Positions 1 through 14,000 of a stretch of 64,000 bases of DNA are shown one piece after another. The stretch's first letter is position 1. Each line of letters opens with the position of its first letter. The position numbers were made by a program, and so were the translations under genes. This DNA comes from Octopus bimaculoides (lineage: Eukaryota). The notes under the pieces were generated by a model. That model did no database searches, was not told the origin of the DNA, and saw only the letters and a list, made by a program, of their open reading frames with translations. The DNA is taken from the NCBI RefSeq assembly GCF_001194135.2, contig NC_068996.1:38607510-38671509 (forward strand). The letters run 5' to 3'.

Positions 1-369
1 GTAATACTCACGAAGTAAACAGATTTGTTACATGACTTCTGGATATATATAGATAGTTTATCTAACTGGCATAATTAGCACTAAAGATACATTTTGTAAT
101 GAATATATAATAGCTCAGATAAAAATTGGTGGTGGAAGTTGGCTTATCTCAAAAATTTCATTCACCATTTATGAAGCATTCTTCATTACACAATTCATTT
201 CAAACCTCCAACTGGGAGGTTTAAAATGAGTGTGCCTGTCTGGGCGTGTATTCTAATCTGCATACAAACAAGATGCATAACATTTTAAACTTGTATTCTT
301 TCTGCAAATTTTAGTATTGAACATATATTTAAAAACATTTGAATTATTTTTACTGTTGTATGTGTGTGA

Positions 370-1445
370 TGATCATCATTTAACATCTGCCTTCCATGCT
401 AGCATGGGTGGAACGGGACCACAAGAGCCAGTCAGGCTGAAGCCTGCACCAGACTTCAGTGATTGTTTTGGCAGGATTTTTACAGCTGGATGCCCTTCCT
501 AATACCAATCACTCAGCAGAGTGGACTTAGTGCTTTTTATGTGGCACAAGCACAGGTGAGGTCAGTTTTGGCAAGGTTTTTACAGCCTGATGCCCTTCTG
601 AACACCAACCAAGTACTTGCAAGGGTCACCAAGTACTTGCAAGACAAAAAAGAAATTTCAAGAGGCGGGGGACATTGGAGGAAGTAATCTTGTGTCAGAT
701 GATGAAAGGTTATAGTGAGGCAGAAACAGGTGTCTTGCTGTAGAGGAAGTCCAAGGTTACCCAGCTGGAGAGAGATCAGGAATGAAAGCAAAAGGTGCGC
801 TACCACAAAGGAAATGCATGGTTACCCAACCTGAGGGAAGTGCAGGAGATGGAGAGAGAGAAAGAGTGGGAGACAGCAGGATAGAGATATGGCAAAATGC
901 TGGTCTTACAAGGGACGGGAATCAAAATATGAGATGGTTGAGTAAAGGAAAAGATAGATATAGATGGTGGCAAGTACCAGGGCATACCTTTGAGGTTCAA
1001 ACACCATAATATAAGTGGCAGGATATTGCAAAGGAAGTGTGATTAAAGAGTGGGAAGGGAGGGAACGAAGAAAACCCTGGGTATATATAGTCAGTTGGGT
1101 TACTGGATAGCAATGATACAAAGGAAACAGGGCCCGGAGGACAAGATTGGAGAGTGAGAGCTTGGCATAGTGTATGAAGTTGGAAATATGAGGAAGAGAT
1201 GTAAATTTGTTTGGTGAGTGAAAAGTTTTCTTGTGTGTGGGTGGAACACACAGGTCAGAGGCTAGCGGAGAGCAACGGTACAGTGCCACAGGACCCAAAG
1301 GACAGGCTTGGGGAGTGGGAGGTAAGCATAGTGCATAAAGCAGAAATGTGAGGAAGAGAAGAGATGTAGAGACATAGTTCAGTTTGTTGTGGTGGAGTGT
1401 GTGAGAAGTTTTCTTGTTAAGTGTGGGTGGGATACACAGCACTTC
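370..1445. repeat. Degenerate repeat block; starts with a minus-strand family-C copy (GGATGCCCTTCC motif, CAT tail), continues as a purine-rich repeat with an internal ~185-nt duplication
   Basis: GATGCCCTTC at ~488 and ~589; GTGTCTTGCTGTAGAG shared with ~11460; duplicated GTTTTCTTG..GTGTGGGTGG..ACACA at ~1225 and ~1408. Confidence 0.6.
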
Positions 1446-1472
1446 TTGAACTCAGTTTCATTGAGGTGAGGT

Positions 1473-1478
<6 letters not shown>

Positions 1479-1510
<32 letters not shown>
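1479..1510. repeat. (CA)n microsatellite
   Basis: Direct inspection. Confidence 0.95.
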
Positions 1511-1515
<5 letters not shown>

Positions 1516-1711
1516 AGGCAGGTACAAAATATCTGCTAATTGTAAATGTACATATGGCACAAAGGAAAACTTATGAAGAGGGTTTAAACATGAGAACTCA
1601 GAAACTTGGTGAGATTCTCTATATCAGGCTTGGGGAAATATAAAAATCATGTAATGTTTTTGAACTTCCATTTTACTTCTTACATATTGTATGTTAGGAT
1701 ATATATATATA

Positions 1712-1893
1712 TTGTTTCAGTCATTTGACTGTGGCCATGCTGGAGCACCACTTTTAGTTGAACAAATCAATCACAGTACTTATTCTTTGTAAGCCTAGTA
1801 CTTATTGTATCAGTCTCTTTTGATGAACTGCTATGGGGATGTAATTACACAATCAGTTGTCAAGTGATGGTGGGGGGGGGGACAAACAGACAC

Positions 1894-1956
<63 letters not shown>

Positions 1957-2105
1957 CACAATGAGTTTCTTTCACTTTCCGTCTACCAAATCCACTTGCA
2001 AGGCTTTGGTCAATCTGACGCTATAGCAAAAGACACTTGCCCAAGGTGCCATGCAGTGGGACTGAGCCCAGGACCATGTGGTTGGGAAGCAAGCTTCTTA
2101 GTACA
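1712..2105 (-). mobile_element. SINE family A (tRNA-like head, central microsatellite, tail ...CAGTCAAATGACTGAAACAAGTAAAAG)
   Basis: Colinear with more than 10 other copies in the window; central (TA)n at ~1895-1951. Confidence 0.85.
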
Positions 2106-2937
2106 CAATAATAATATTGAACTTATGTACAGTTCTCGGGTGCGCTACAACTCATCAGTAAAAGTAACCAAAAGTGCATGAACAGTGAATGAGCTGTTTA
2201 AAAAAAAAATGGCAGGAAGAATCAGGTGTACTGTTGGTGAATTTTAGGATGTATAGAAGTTTTGAAGGCTGTAGTGTATTGACAGCTAACAACTGATATG
2301 GGTAGTTTATTCCTTGCTTCAGCAATTCTGAGTATGAAAAAATGTTTCTGAAAGTGATGGGTGCTGTGTTGTTTTTTGATTTTGTATGCATGCCCACAAG
2401 TGTTAAGACATGGAATTCAGAAAAAAAAGTTTAGTATTTATTGGAGAGTGCATTAAACCATCTTGTGATTATAATGGTTCTGAATAGTTGAGAATATACA
2501 ATGGTTACTACCAATGTGGTGTGACTGCTTTCAATCTTTTTAACACTCTTTTACAATAGGGTTTTTCTTACTGTTTCTTACTCCATTATGATACTGTAAA
2601 TTTTTCTCTCCTGAACTGTATGCCTTTGAAAGCCTTTGTTCACTTTCCCATCCACTTTGAAAACTGGAAATTTTAAGTCCTCATTCAACTTTGTTCTCCC
2701 TGTGAGTGTTTGAAGCTTGTGGATATTATTTTTTTGTCTTCTTGAATTCTAATAAAGTAGCTTATGATATTGTTGGCTGTTGTTAAAACAAACACCCTCT
2801 TCTACAGAGAACATCCTTTGTTCGTATTTTGGCAGGAAACAAAAGTGGTATATACACACTGCATTTTAAAAGCATTCAGATTGAATTATAAAATGTTATT
2901 TAAGATTACTCTAAGATTATTTGCTCCAGTTGCAAAT

Positions 2938-3532
2938 ACGGGTGTGACTTTGTGATAATAAGTTTGCTTCCCAACCATGTAGTTTTGGATTCAGTTCCCT
3001 GCATGGCATCTTGAACAAGTCTCTTCTACTGTAGTCCTAAGATGAAAGCTTTGTGTGTGGATTTGATAGATGGAAATTTAAAAAGGCCCATTTAGTGTGT
3101 GCGTCACACTCTGTGAAGTGGTTGGCATTTGGAAGAGCACCCAGCTATGAAAACCATGTCAAAACTGACCTTGCCTGTGCTTGTACCGTGTAAAAAGCAC
3201 TTGGCCCACTCTGCAGACTTCTACCTGGCCAGCTCCTGTCAAACTGCTCAACCTATGCCACCATGGGAGGAGGATGTTAAATGATGATCATGATGTGTGT
3301 GTGTGTGTGCACCTTTATGTTTGTCCCCACCACTACTTGTCAAACTGATTTGTTTATATTCCTGTAATTTAGTAATTTGGCAAAAGAGATTGATAAAATA
3401 AATACTAGGCTTAAAAAACATGTACTGGGGTCAATTAAAAAAAGCAAGTATTGGGGTTGATTCACTCAACTAAAATCCTTCAAGACGACATCCCAGCATG
3501 GGCACAGTCCAATGACCGAAACATGTAAAAGA
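2938..3532 (+). mobile_element. SINE family A with a family-C fragment nested in its central microsatellite (~3105-3292)
   Basis: A head (TTTGCTTCCCAACCATGT...), then C-type GGTTGGCATTTGGAAGAGCACCCAGC...ATGATGATCATGAT, then the A tail. Confidence 0.75.
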
Positions 3533-4954
3533 TCTTGTTAATAAGATGATTTACTGACTTACAATTAGCAGATATAATTATCACACAGCAGAGCTGAGAC
3601 AAAAGACTTGTAGATTAGCATCGTAATGATGGGTTTACATTCACAGCTGGTACCACAAAAGTGCGTTAGCGAGACACTGTACAAAAAGTCTGAACTAAAT
3701 ATTCCATAGTCAATGCAAACTAAGTTCACAAAAGGTGAATTTGAACTTGTTGGTAGACATACTGGATATTTTACATTATAATATAATAAGTGTGAATGTC
3801 AGTGTGTCACACTTTTTCAACTTTACTACTAGAGGCCGTAGTCCAACTTATACCATTTTGCAATCGGGCTGACTTCATGAGTAAATTAGACATTCCTGAC
3901 CAAATCTGGACCCACACTCCTGAAATTTTGGATTCCTAAGTTTTCATTGCAACGATTGTTTTTGGCGTTTTTTTTTTTTTTTTTGTTACGTAATTTTTTT
4001 GTACGATAACATTTTTTATAACTGGAAATAATCAGAATTAATTGCGAAATCCAGCAATTATTTTCAGCAGATTTTTGGCATATTTTGCAATGAATATGAC
4101 AATCATTGGAATATGACTCTGGAGGAAGCAATTGCAACAAAACAAGTCAGAGATCTGTTTGCAGATCCTCCTATTCAGGGTCAGTAGCTTAAAAGCTATA
4201 TACTAGAGTTGCTAATAATAGTATTTTGACTCTTAGATGGTTTGCAGGAATTGGTTGCAAAGTTGTGATGCTTTGTTGCAGTTACAGAAAGGAGGAAATT
4301 TCTGAATATGCAATTTTGGGGAAAACCAATGTCTCTTTTTGCTCTGAGCAAAGAGCTGACTGTAGGAGAGATGTATTTATCTCTACACATCATTTCAAGA
4401 GTTTTGTGTATTAAATTTTATTGAATGTCTTTTCATTGAAATCACTTTCTATCAATACAAATTCTTACAGAAACGACTTTTTATCAAGATTTAGAGTAAT
4501 TTCCAAAATCTATTTTGCAGAACAGTTTTTATCTATTAATTTTAAATACAGAATCATTTATAAAATAAGTGCTGTAGAATGCATGTATTTTTAAAATTTT
4601 ATAAAATAAGTCAGCTTAAGTTTTCTTATGGGAAATGCTATTTATATTTTATTTTAGAATAATTTTATTAAAAATGTTCACGTTACACTATAACTATCAT
4701 ATTAGTCCTTTCAAGAGAGAATTTAAAACTTACAAATCTATGTATTCTTAGCTGCTTAGAAAAGTATGTTTTAAGGCTAGTTTTCTGTTATCATTTTTTT
4801 TTTTTTTTTTGTCATATTTTCTGCCTGTTTACATTACTCAAAATATTAGATAATGTAGGAGAAATATGGAGATAGGCTAAAATTACATTAGACTTATGCG
4901 TATGTATGCTTACATCATTATTGTTTTAATGTTGGCTTGGGTTAAAGCCTCAAG

Positions 4955-5150
4955 CAAGCAGAAACATTGGCACGCCGGACAAAATGTTTAGAGGCATTTT
5001 GTGTCTTTATATTCTGAGTTCAAATTCCGCTGAGGCCAACTATGCCTTTCATCCTTTTAGGGTCGATAAATTAAATACTAGTTACATACTGGGGTCAATG
5101 TAATCAACTCTCCCAAAAAATTTCGGGCTTTGTGCCTTGATTAGAAAAAA
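4955..5150 (+). mobile_element. SINE family B (GCAGAAACATT.GCACGCCGG...GCCTTTCATCCTTT..GGGTCGATAAA...GCCTTGTGCCT)
   Basis: Aligns with the better-preserved copy at 60254-60470. Confidence 0.8.
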
Positions 5151-5704
5151 ATGCTGGCTTGGGTCAAATGAGATTGAAACAGGTTTCATCATCAGTTCTC
5201 ACTGGTTTCCAAGTAAGGTAATATTTCCCCTTGGCAGGGCATGTATTCATGGAAGATTGGAAACAAATGGCTCTATGATAGTGACGCTTGCTTATGATTT
5301 GACTAATGCAATGTAAAGACAAATCATACATACATGGTGATTGCTCCATCTTCACAGATGATTGCCTTCTCCTTGTGCTTCTTTGTTGTCAGTGGTATTT
5401 ATGACTTTGTCCATGGCCTCTCAGATGACTATTTGGTCTTGCTACAGATCTGCATGGCCTGATGCTTAGGTGACAAATGAAAGTCCTAACTTACGCTCTT
5501 CCAACCAGTTAGGACTGCACATTTTGCCACTCTTCCATCACTATAGGACCGTCAGCAGATTAAATCAAAAATGAAGTCACCATAAAGAGACACTTCTTTC
5601 TAATTGGATTATAGTGATAAATGCTTGTACAACATGAATACTGGTCACTGAAACTCCATGATTAGTACCTAATGACAGGCCAAAGTGAGATGGCCAGTAA
5701 TCAG

Positions 5705-5850
5705 TTTAGGTCTACAAAATCAACTCAGAAAGCTTTGGTTGGCCTAGTGATATAAGAGAAAACACTTGCCTAAGGTGCTGCTCAGTGGCATTAAACCTAA
5801 AACAATGTGGTTGGGAGAAGTGAACTTTCTAACCACAGCTATACCTGCTT
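5705..5850 (-). mobile_element. SINE family A head fragment
   Basis: AAGCTTTGGTTGGCC...ACACTTGCCTAAGGTGC...TGTGGTTGGGAGAAG. Confidence 0.65.
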
Positions 5851-6663
5851 ATTGCTCCAATAATCCAGGCAGTATATGAAAATTGCTTAACCATTGATGT
5901 AACTTATAAAAAGAAGTAAATGAAAAATTCTCTTTTAATTTATCGCCTGTATCTCTTGTTTTTCTTAGTTCATTTTATATTCTTTAATCCATCTTGACAA
6001 AATGGACTAAGCAATTCAAAGAGACACAGCATTAACAAATGTGTAAAGTGTTATTTTGAGAGCCTTTTAATAAGTAATTAAAACAGTTTGTATCTGTTCA
6101 ACTTTAAAAATATTAAAGTATATCTGAATTTTTTGTCAGATATTGATAAATGCTTTTCCAATAAGTGGGTCTGGTTTATTAGCAAATGGGTGTCAGATCA
6201 CTTGATTGCTGGGCTTATTCCACTGTAACTCCTACATTTTCAAGTGAATATCACTAGAAATACTTATTTTTTTATTTCTAAATAGTCAACCTGTATTCTC
6301 TGCTTGCTTCAATGTCAGTATTTTTCAACTTTGAATGGTGATCTTCCTTTTATTTACTAAAATATAGTTTCAATTTAGCTTGACTTTATGTGAACACAAG
6401 GCATTGTCAGTAATATCACTTTGAAAATCACTGGCCTTGGGTAGTACAAGAAATATTGGAAAAATACATAGCAAAATTTTAAATCGAATGAAGAAAATAA
6501 GCAACAGAATATTTTAATCAGTTTTCTGATTGTTTTTAAAAAAGTTTTTTTATAAACTTGACTGTTGTTACAGTAAAGGAAATTATACAGTCTACAGCTT
6601 ACTGATTTTGATCTTAATGGTGTACACTTAAGACTAAGTAAAGATTAATTTGGGAAGCCACCA

Positions 6664-6990
6664 GGTATTTGTTCAGGTGTGGCTATGTGGTAAGAAATTT
6701 GCTTCCCAACCACATGGTTCCAGGCTCAGTCCCATTGCATGACATCTTCGGCAAGTGTCTTCTACTAAAGCCTTGTAAGTTAGTTTGATAGGCAGAAACT
6801 GAAAGAAGACTGTCATACATACATATATATGTATGTATGTATATAGATAACTTAGCAGTTCAGTAAAGGAGACCAAGAGAATAAGTTGCAGGTTTAAAAA
6901 AAAAACAAATCCTGTGGTCAATTTGTCTGACTTAAATAGAAGGTGGTGCCCATTCATGGTCATAATCTAATGACTGAAACCAGTAAAAGA
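6664..6990 (+). mobile_element. SINE family A
   Basis: GGTGTGGCTATGTGGTAAGAAATTTGCTTCCCAACCACATGGTTCCAGGCTCAGTCCC...ATGACTGAAACCAGTAAAAG. Confidence 0.85.
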
Positions 6991-7589
6991 TAAGAGAGAT
7001 TAAATTAATATGGTTATAACCCGTATGAAGAAATGTTTTTCTTTGTGTATGTGGGTAGGCTGTAGTCATTTCAGATATAGGCTAGTTTCACAGATGTTAT
7101 AGTTATACTTTTTTGAAGACTCACTACCCACATTTGCATCAAAAAAGTAATAAACTTTTGTATAATTTTAAACTCTCCATCATAGTCTTTTGGTATTGTA
7201 GAGTGGCTACTATAATGAAAACAATAGTTTGAGTTAAGGACTTTTTTTTGTTTTTATCTTTTCGAAATTACTTTGTATTTATTTTTCCATGTAATCATTC
7301 CATAAGACAAGTATTTGATTGAAAGAAATGTTTACTCTCCTGTAAACAGATTTTATTCAGTTCACACTGTACAATATTGGTGTTAGGAAAGGCATCCAAC
7401 CATAGAAATAATTCTGAAGTAGACGCTGGAGCTCACCATAGCCCTCCAGCTTAATGTATACCCTGCCAAACTGTCCAATGTGTGCCAACATGGAAAACAG
7501 ACTTTGAATGATGTTATAACATGAAAAATTGGTGTTTTGTGTGTGTGTGTGTGTATATATATATCATCATCATCATCATCGTTTAACAT

Positions 7590-7772
7590 CATATATAGGT
7601 TAAAAAAAAGACAAAAAACAACGTGATACGGATAGTGTTATTAGACACTCGGGAAAGGAAAAAGAGAGAGTATGACGTTTCGGGCAGAGCCCTTCGTCAG
7701 AAACAAGGAAAGTTCAAAGAAGGGAAAAACGGAGAAAGAAAAAATCAACACCGATGTCCTCGAGGTTACATT
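7590..7772 (-). mobile_element. Penelope-like element fragment (pLTR-type signature GACGTTTCG...CTTCGTCAG)
   Basis: CpG-rich island in AT-rich intron, carrying the motif that reads as a minimal hammerhead on the minus strand. Confidence 0.6.
7670..7704 (-). ncRNA. Minimal type-I hammerhead ribozyme motif (Penelope-associated)
   Basis: Minus strand gttt-CTGACGA-a-GGGC-tct-GCCC-GAAA-C-GTC-atac: full catalytic core, 4-bp helix II, palindromic ACGT helix III, GUC triplet; helix I gttt/atac has one mismatch. Confidence 0.6.
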
Positions 7773-7863
7773 GTGGAATATATATATATATTGTGTGTTA
7801 TTTTAATAAACTGTCACTCTTTCTATTTTCTAATTACTTGTATACTTTGTATTCCTTCTACAG

Positions 7864-8094
7864 GTGTTGGAATTAATTTGTACTAGGGAATCTGGCTCAG
7901 TGTTCGATTCTGGTGGCTTAAATTGTGTTCTTACTTTCATTCGTGAACATGGATCTCAGGTACACAAAGACACTCTACATTCAGCAATGTCTGTTGTATC
8001 TAGGTTGTGTGGGAAGATGGAACCCACTCAAGATACAGCACTAGAAGGATGTGTAGAGTCTTTGTCCACATTACTTAAACATGAAGACCCATTT
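7864..8094 (+). CDS. HECTD1: HECTD1 exon 1 in window (ARM/HEAT-like region)
   Basis: tacag|GTGTTG...CCATTT|gtaagt; [28 protein letters not shown]...LLKHEDPF; 231 nt, phase 0-0. Confidence 0.96.
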
Positions 8095-11000
8095 GTAAGT
8101 ATATGTTGACTCTGTTTTACTTTAATGTTTGTCTGATAATCTTTGTGAGTACCATAGCATAGAAATATTCCTATGCATTTGGTTTAAGCTTAATATTTAC
8201 AATGAAATGCATCTTTTCTATATTACTATGGGGAACTAGATTGGTTAACAAACTAAACACATTCTCCTTATAAACTTTACAGAGAAGTGGTAGTTAAGTT
8301 TTTGTTTTGTTAAGTGCTAAATTGGAGTATGTATTTTATTATCAATGGGATTTTGTTATTGTGTATTAATAAAAAAAAAATTGAAATCAGGAAGATACTA
8401 AACATCTGGTCATTTTGGATCACCACTATTTTCAACTATATGAGGGGATGTTGAAAAGTTCCTGGCTTTAGATAAAAGAAAATACAGATCAGTTAATTAT
8501 GATTTTATTCAACATATTTCCCTCTCAGATTCAAACACTTGCAGCAGTTCTTCAGTTTTTCTAAGCCCTGTAAAAGAACTCGGAAGTTTGGGCCTCCATC
8601 CAGGCCTTTTGTGATACTCTAAAAGCTAGAAAATTTTTTGCACCCCCTCATACATGTAATTATAAAAATACCTGTGTCCTTTGCAGAGCCACCATGACTT
8701 GTAAAACAGATGCAGTTAATGTTCATCTTGCACAATAGTTAGTTGACAGCTGCTAGAAAAAACAGGCAGGAAAACCAGACAGGTTACTTTCTGGAAAGAA
8801 CTGAGTGAATGTGGTTAATTTAAGGAAGCTAATAGAGAAGTACAATATGGATGGTGAAAAAGAGGTGGCACAGGACTAGCTAGCTCTGTGGAGCAGAGGC
8901 TATTATAAAAGCAGTAGAAAAAGTAGTGAATGCAATGCTAAAGTCAGAGATTGTACTGTGTTGGCAAGTGATTCCTTGCCAGTTAGTTGCAGGAAGTTTG
9001 TGAAAGTGTTAGTAATGTTACTTATCTGTAATATCAGTAGACGAATGTGTTGTAATATTTACTAAGATAATTTGCCTGTACTCAACTGTAAAATATTTTC
9101 TACCCCAGATTAAAAACAGATTTTCATAACCTTGGTTTTTTCTCAACTTGTTCACACCTCCAAAAAGTAATCCAGCCAACAAAATTTTTATAGATAAAAC
9201 ATTTGTGTAACTTTGTGAGCTATTTTGCATAATTCTTCTCCAGTCAGTACTTAAATGTGGTGCTTCTGTTGACCAGTAATCATTTTACTCATCTGTTGGT
9301 GAAATAATGTACAATTATTAGCCTAATAATGTTTCAGATATTATATTTCATCTTCATTTGATGTCTAAAAAGATTGGATGCATCTTAATTTTGTATATTA
9401 ACATGCAAAATATCTGATCAAGTAATATAATTAAATGTCTTTTCTAAAGCTAACTCCACCATTCTTACATAATTTTCATTGTTTTGTCATTGCCTGATTG
9501 GATAACCTTGTAATCAAAGGCATTGGAGCTAAGCTCGGCATGTCTTTTCCCTATGTGCAGAGTACCTACTAATACATCCATTGTATTTTTTTCAAATATG
9601 GTGAGTCTGGTTAAGGTTTAGTTTCTATTTCTGACAGGTTGAACAATCATATAGGAACTTACTTAGTTCAAAACTGCTAGGTCAACCAGTACTTTTATTA
9701 AATGATTATATAATGCAATTTGAGTCCCAGAGTATTTCTAATCTTTTTCCTCGTTATGCTGTAATAATTAGGGGATTTGGTAATTGATTCAGCTCCCTTA
9801 ATTCTAGGGGCTCCAGATACAACATTCCTCATCAAAAAAGGATCTGACTATTATCTTCAACTACAGTTGGAGGTACGGGAATGATAAAATACAGAGGGAT
9901 ACTATAGAATGTGGGTCTTTCATTTCTGAATCTCAGTGTCTGTTACATACCTTAATCATCAAGATAGACACTATACATTGTGGTCACTAATAATATTCAC
10001 ATAGATAATTTTACTGAATGCAGTTTTTTTCTTTTTTCCAGGTGTCTGATGGTGCCCTTCGATGTTTTGCATCCCTTGCAGATAGATTCACACGAAGAGG
10101 GGTTGATCCTGCTCCTCTAGCTCAACATGGATTAGTTGATGAGCTTTTAAATCGTCTGCAGGCTGCTGGTGAAGCTGTTCATGGAACATCAGCTGTTGGC
10201 CCTAGCACATCCGCTGGAGCAACTGCTCTTGTACCTGTTGATTCTAAATCCAGTGCAAGTGTTTCCACTGTCATTAGTTTATTGTCAACACTATGTCGAG
10301 GGAGTCCTTGTATTACCCATGATTTGTTAAGGTCTCATCTTTTAGAGGCAATTGAAAGTGGTCTTAAAGGCGATGAAAGGTTAGTTATGTTTTATTTTCT
10401 ACATTTTAAGCAACCTTTTTTTAAAATAAAGTTTCAATAAGATTCACTTTATACAAAATTTTGATAATGCAGAGAAAGGATGCTTGACCATTTTAGCATT
10501 CAAATTATTCTGTCAAGGGTTATGCTTTTCATTCGCATTGTTTTTAATTAAATCATACATTATATTGTAGCTTGGAGATTTCAATAATGTGATTGTATAT
10601 TTCCAGAATGATATTATAGGGTAGGTGTGAGAAACCAGAGCTGGTCAGCTTGAACATTAAACAATATTTGGGCCGGATACAGCCAGTTTAAATACTAAAG
10701 GATTAAATAGCATACTCTCCGATGCATGATTATCATACTCGTTACACAAAACTAAGTTAACGAGCAATAACAATTTAAGGGTTGAACTTGATTTTATGAT
10801 TGAAATTCATTTTGTTATAATCATTATAGAATATTTGAGTGAAATTATATCAAATTGACCATTTTGAAACAAGATTTGTATAACAGCATAGGCAACATGT
10901 GTGACTGTTAAGTTCACTGACCAACCTTGTACTTTCAGGTTCAATCCACTCTGTGGGACTTTCAGCAAGTGTCTTCTACTATAACTCCAAGTTAACCTAA

Positions 11001-14000
11001 ACCTTATTAAGTGAACTTGGAAACTTAAGCTTGCCATCTCTCTCATCTGTATAGATAAATAGATGTGCGTGTTTGTCTCCTTGTGTTGAGTTTGAATGCT
11101 GATTATAAACAATTGTCATACAAGTAATGTTGTGAAATCCTGCCCTGCCATTGTGTTGTTCTTGTTTTGAAGGACAAGAGGAAATATTGCCTCACTCAGA
11201 AGCAGGTGAGGGTTAGCAATAGAAATAGAATACTGTTCCATATTTTTGAGATAAGGAATTCTGTATGCACAATGTTCTATTGACTGTTTTGGCGTGATTT
11301 CTACAACCTGATGCTCTTCCTATCACCAGCCACTTTACGGACTGTACTCAGTGCTTTTTACATAGCATCAGCAGTGTCACCAAATAACTTGCAGGACAAA
11401 ACTCAACTGGGAGAGGGGAAGTATTAAAGTGGTTAAAAAATATGATAGAAGGATAGAGATGTCTTGCTGTAGAGATTACATAGTTACCCCAGTTGAGAGA
11501 GATATAGAGAGGTGGTAGTTGTGAAGATGTGTTGGGACCTGCACCCACTTATTGCACTTGGTATAACACTAGTGTAACAATAATTTGGTACCCTCCCAGC
11601 AGTATATCGGATAGATACTATCCCTTAGTGGGTTGAATCCTCAACCCCTAACTCTCTTGGATTATATATATATATATATATATTATTTCTTCCTTCAATG
11701 CATTGATAAGTGCCGTTGGATTTCAGAGTTTCTGATTATTAACTCCTTCGGCACCTCTGCATTGCTTTAAAAAAAAAAAAAAACCTAACGTAAGAATTAC
11801 CTTAGAACTTATCAAACAACTGAGGTAATATCTGTCATTGCCTGAAGTTATTATACATTGAAATGTTTGAATATTAGCATGTGATTGTAATTTGTACTTT
11901 TTTTCTCCTGTGGTTTTTGAGTATCATTACTTCTGTATTTTCTACGGTGTTAAATATATACAATCCTTATTTTCAGATGTTGCTTGGATACAATGCGTCT
12001 GGTTGATCTCCTCTTAGTATTGTTATTTGAAGGACGGAAAGCACTTCCTAAAGCTGCAGCTGCTGCTTCATCATCTGGCATTGGTAGCATATCAAGCAGT
12101 CGCCTACTCCCTGGATTAAGACGTGTTGATAGCTCAGGGACTGGAGAACCACGATCACACAGACAACTCATAGATTGTATCAGAAGTAAAGATACAGATG
12201 CTCTTATTGAGGCTGTTGATAATGGTATACTTTTTATATACTTATAACATATATATATATATATTTCTCCACTTCTACTAGGCAACTCAACAAACTAAAA
12301 TATTTTGACATTTTGTTACAGTATTGCTTAATTTTAATTAGAATGTATGTGTGAATGTGTGTGTGTCGATTGTTTTAATAGTGCCAAAATTAAGTGTTTA
12401 ACAATATTAAAACTAATATAAGTGAATTCATGTGAGCATTATTATACTGAACTAGATGCTTTCAATATATTCCAGTAGTGCTCCGTATTAAATATCTCTA
12501 ATATTGATAAAATAAAATATCGGCAAGATAACTTTAATTCCATTAATTATACTCACTCCTGACAAAAAAAGTTTGTACCTAGAAAGAAAAGCAATCTTCA
12601 GAAAAAGTTTACTTTTAAGCTGGACATTTCACCAGTTTGGGAAAGTCTACTTACTGTTCCTTTTCTTTCAAACTAGCTGATTATGAACAAAGAAAAAAAA
12701 GGCAGAAAACAAAATTAGTTTAAGACTTGATATGCTTGTATTTGGATGTTGGGATTGATATTTTGTAAAGAAAGTTTGGTATAGATGATTTAATTTGATT
12801 TTTGTATTTATGACCACGGGATTTGGGCTGATGATTGTCCCTAATTTGAAATTTTCATGAAGTTATGTTTATATTGCTGGAAAAGACTAATTTTGCTGTT
12901 TGGAATATGTAAATTCAACACTGCAAACTCTCAGAACATTTACTGCTTTTACTATTATTCCTAAAAGAACTGAACCATGAGAGGGGTTATTTGTCTTTGC
13001 TATAGATTCATACTTTTATGTCTTATAGTTCTCTGCCTCTTCTTGCATTATGTAATGCTTTCTTCATTGAAACTTTAACATTTACATCTCAAAGGACAAA
13101 ACTTTTGAATGTAATTAAGAATTTAAAGATATTTATTAAAATTTTGTTACAATGTAAAGTGATATGTGTATGTATATGTATATATGTGTGTGTGTATATT
13201 TCTGTGTGTGTGTATATACATATACATACACACACACACATACACAATTTGCATTCATAGAGTTTGCTGTAAAATAGTCAAGGCATGGCTTGAAGTCATT
13301 CTGATATTTATCTGATAAATTTAGAACATTTCCATCATGCAGATGGTAAATAAAATAGCTTTGTCATATAATACGACACCACCTCGTAAGTGTGAGCCAA
13401 TGGAAAAGGCACTATTTGGTCACTTGATCTGCCTAGCATTGGAATTGGCTATGCTGTTAAAACATAGGGTAGGACAAGATTCCTTGTGGTATGTGTTCCA
13501 GTAGTGTGTGATCCATGTTCAAATCCTATTGACATCAATTTTTCTGTTCATCGTTTTTAGTTTATAAAGTACATACCTAAGGCAGTAGATTGAAGGCATT
13601 GTTTTGAGTTTCAGCAGAGATGCTTTGCATCTCAAGTTCTTATTGTCCACTTTAAGATTACAACTTGATCTGATCCTCAAGTGCCTTTCACAGAGTTCAG
13701 TCCTGCAATCATGCAGGCTAACACTTTAGTTGAGGGATAAGTTCTTCACAGACTTGTATGAACTAACTCTAGAATGTCAAATGTTTGGTTTTATTCTCCT
13801 AATTGAAGCGAGTGTTGGGCAAAACCCTCTTAGTTAAAGTGTGAAAGTGGACAACCCTCCCCCTTTTTTTTTCTTTTTTCCCTTACAGTCATTGGACTGC
13901 AGCCATCCTGGAGCACTGCGTTGAAGTTTTAGTTGAACGTATTTGACCAGGGAATTTTTTCGCCTTTTACTTGTTGCAGTTATTAGACTGCAGCCTTGCT

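Noticed and set aside
906-1442. 178-aa minus-strand ORF
   Set aside because: It lies in a strand-biased, internally duplicated repeat, with low-complexity composition, no domain motif and no splice context.
1-7863. Upstream HECTD1 exons (MADVDP...AEQCVK) inside the window
   Set aside because: No matching translation found by eye. The window begins with GTAAT, which could be the donor of this intron, but that cannot be verified.
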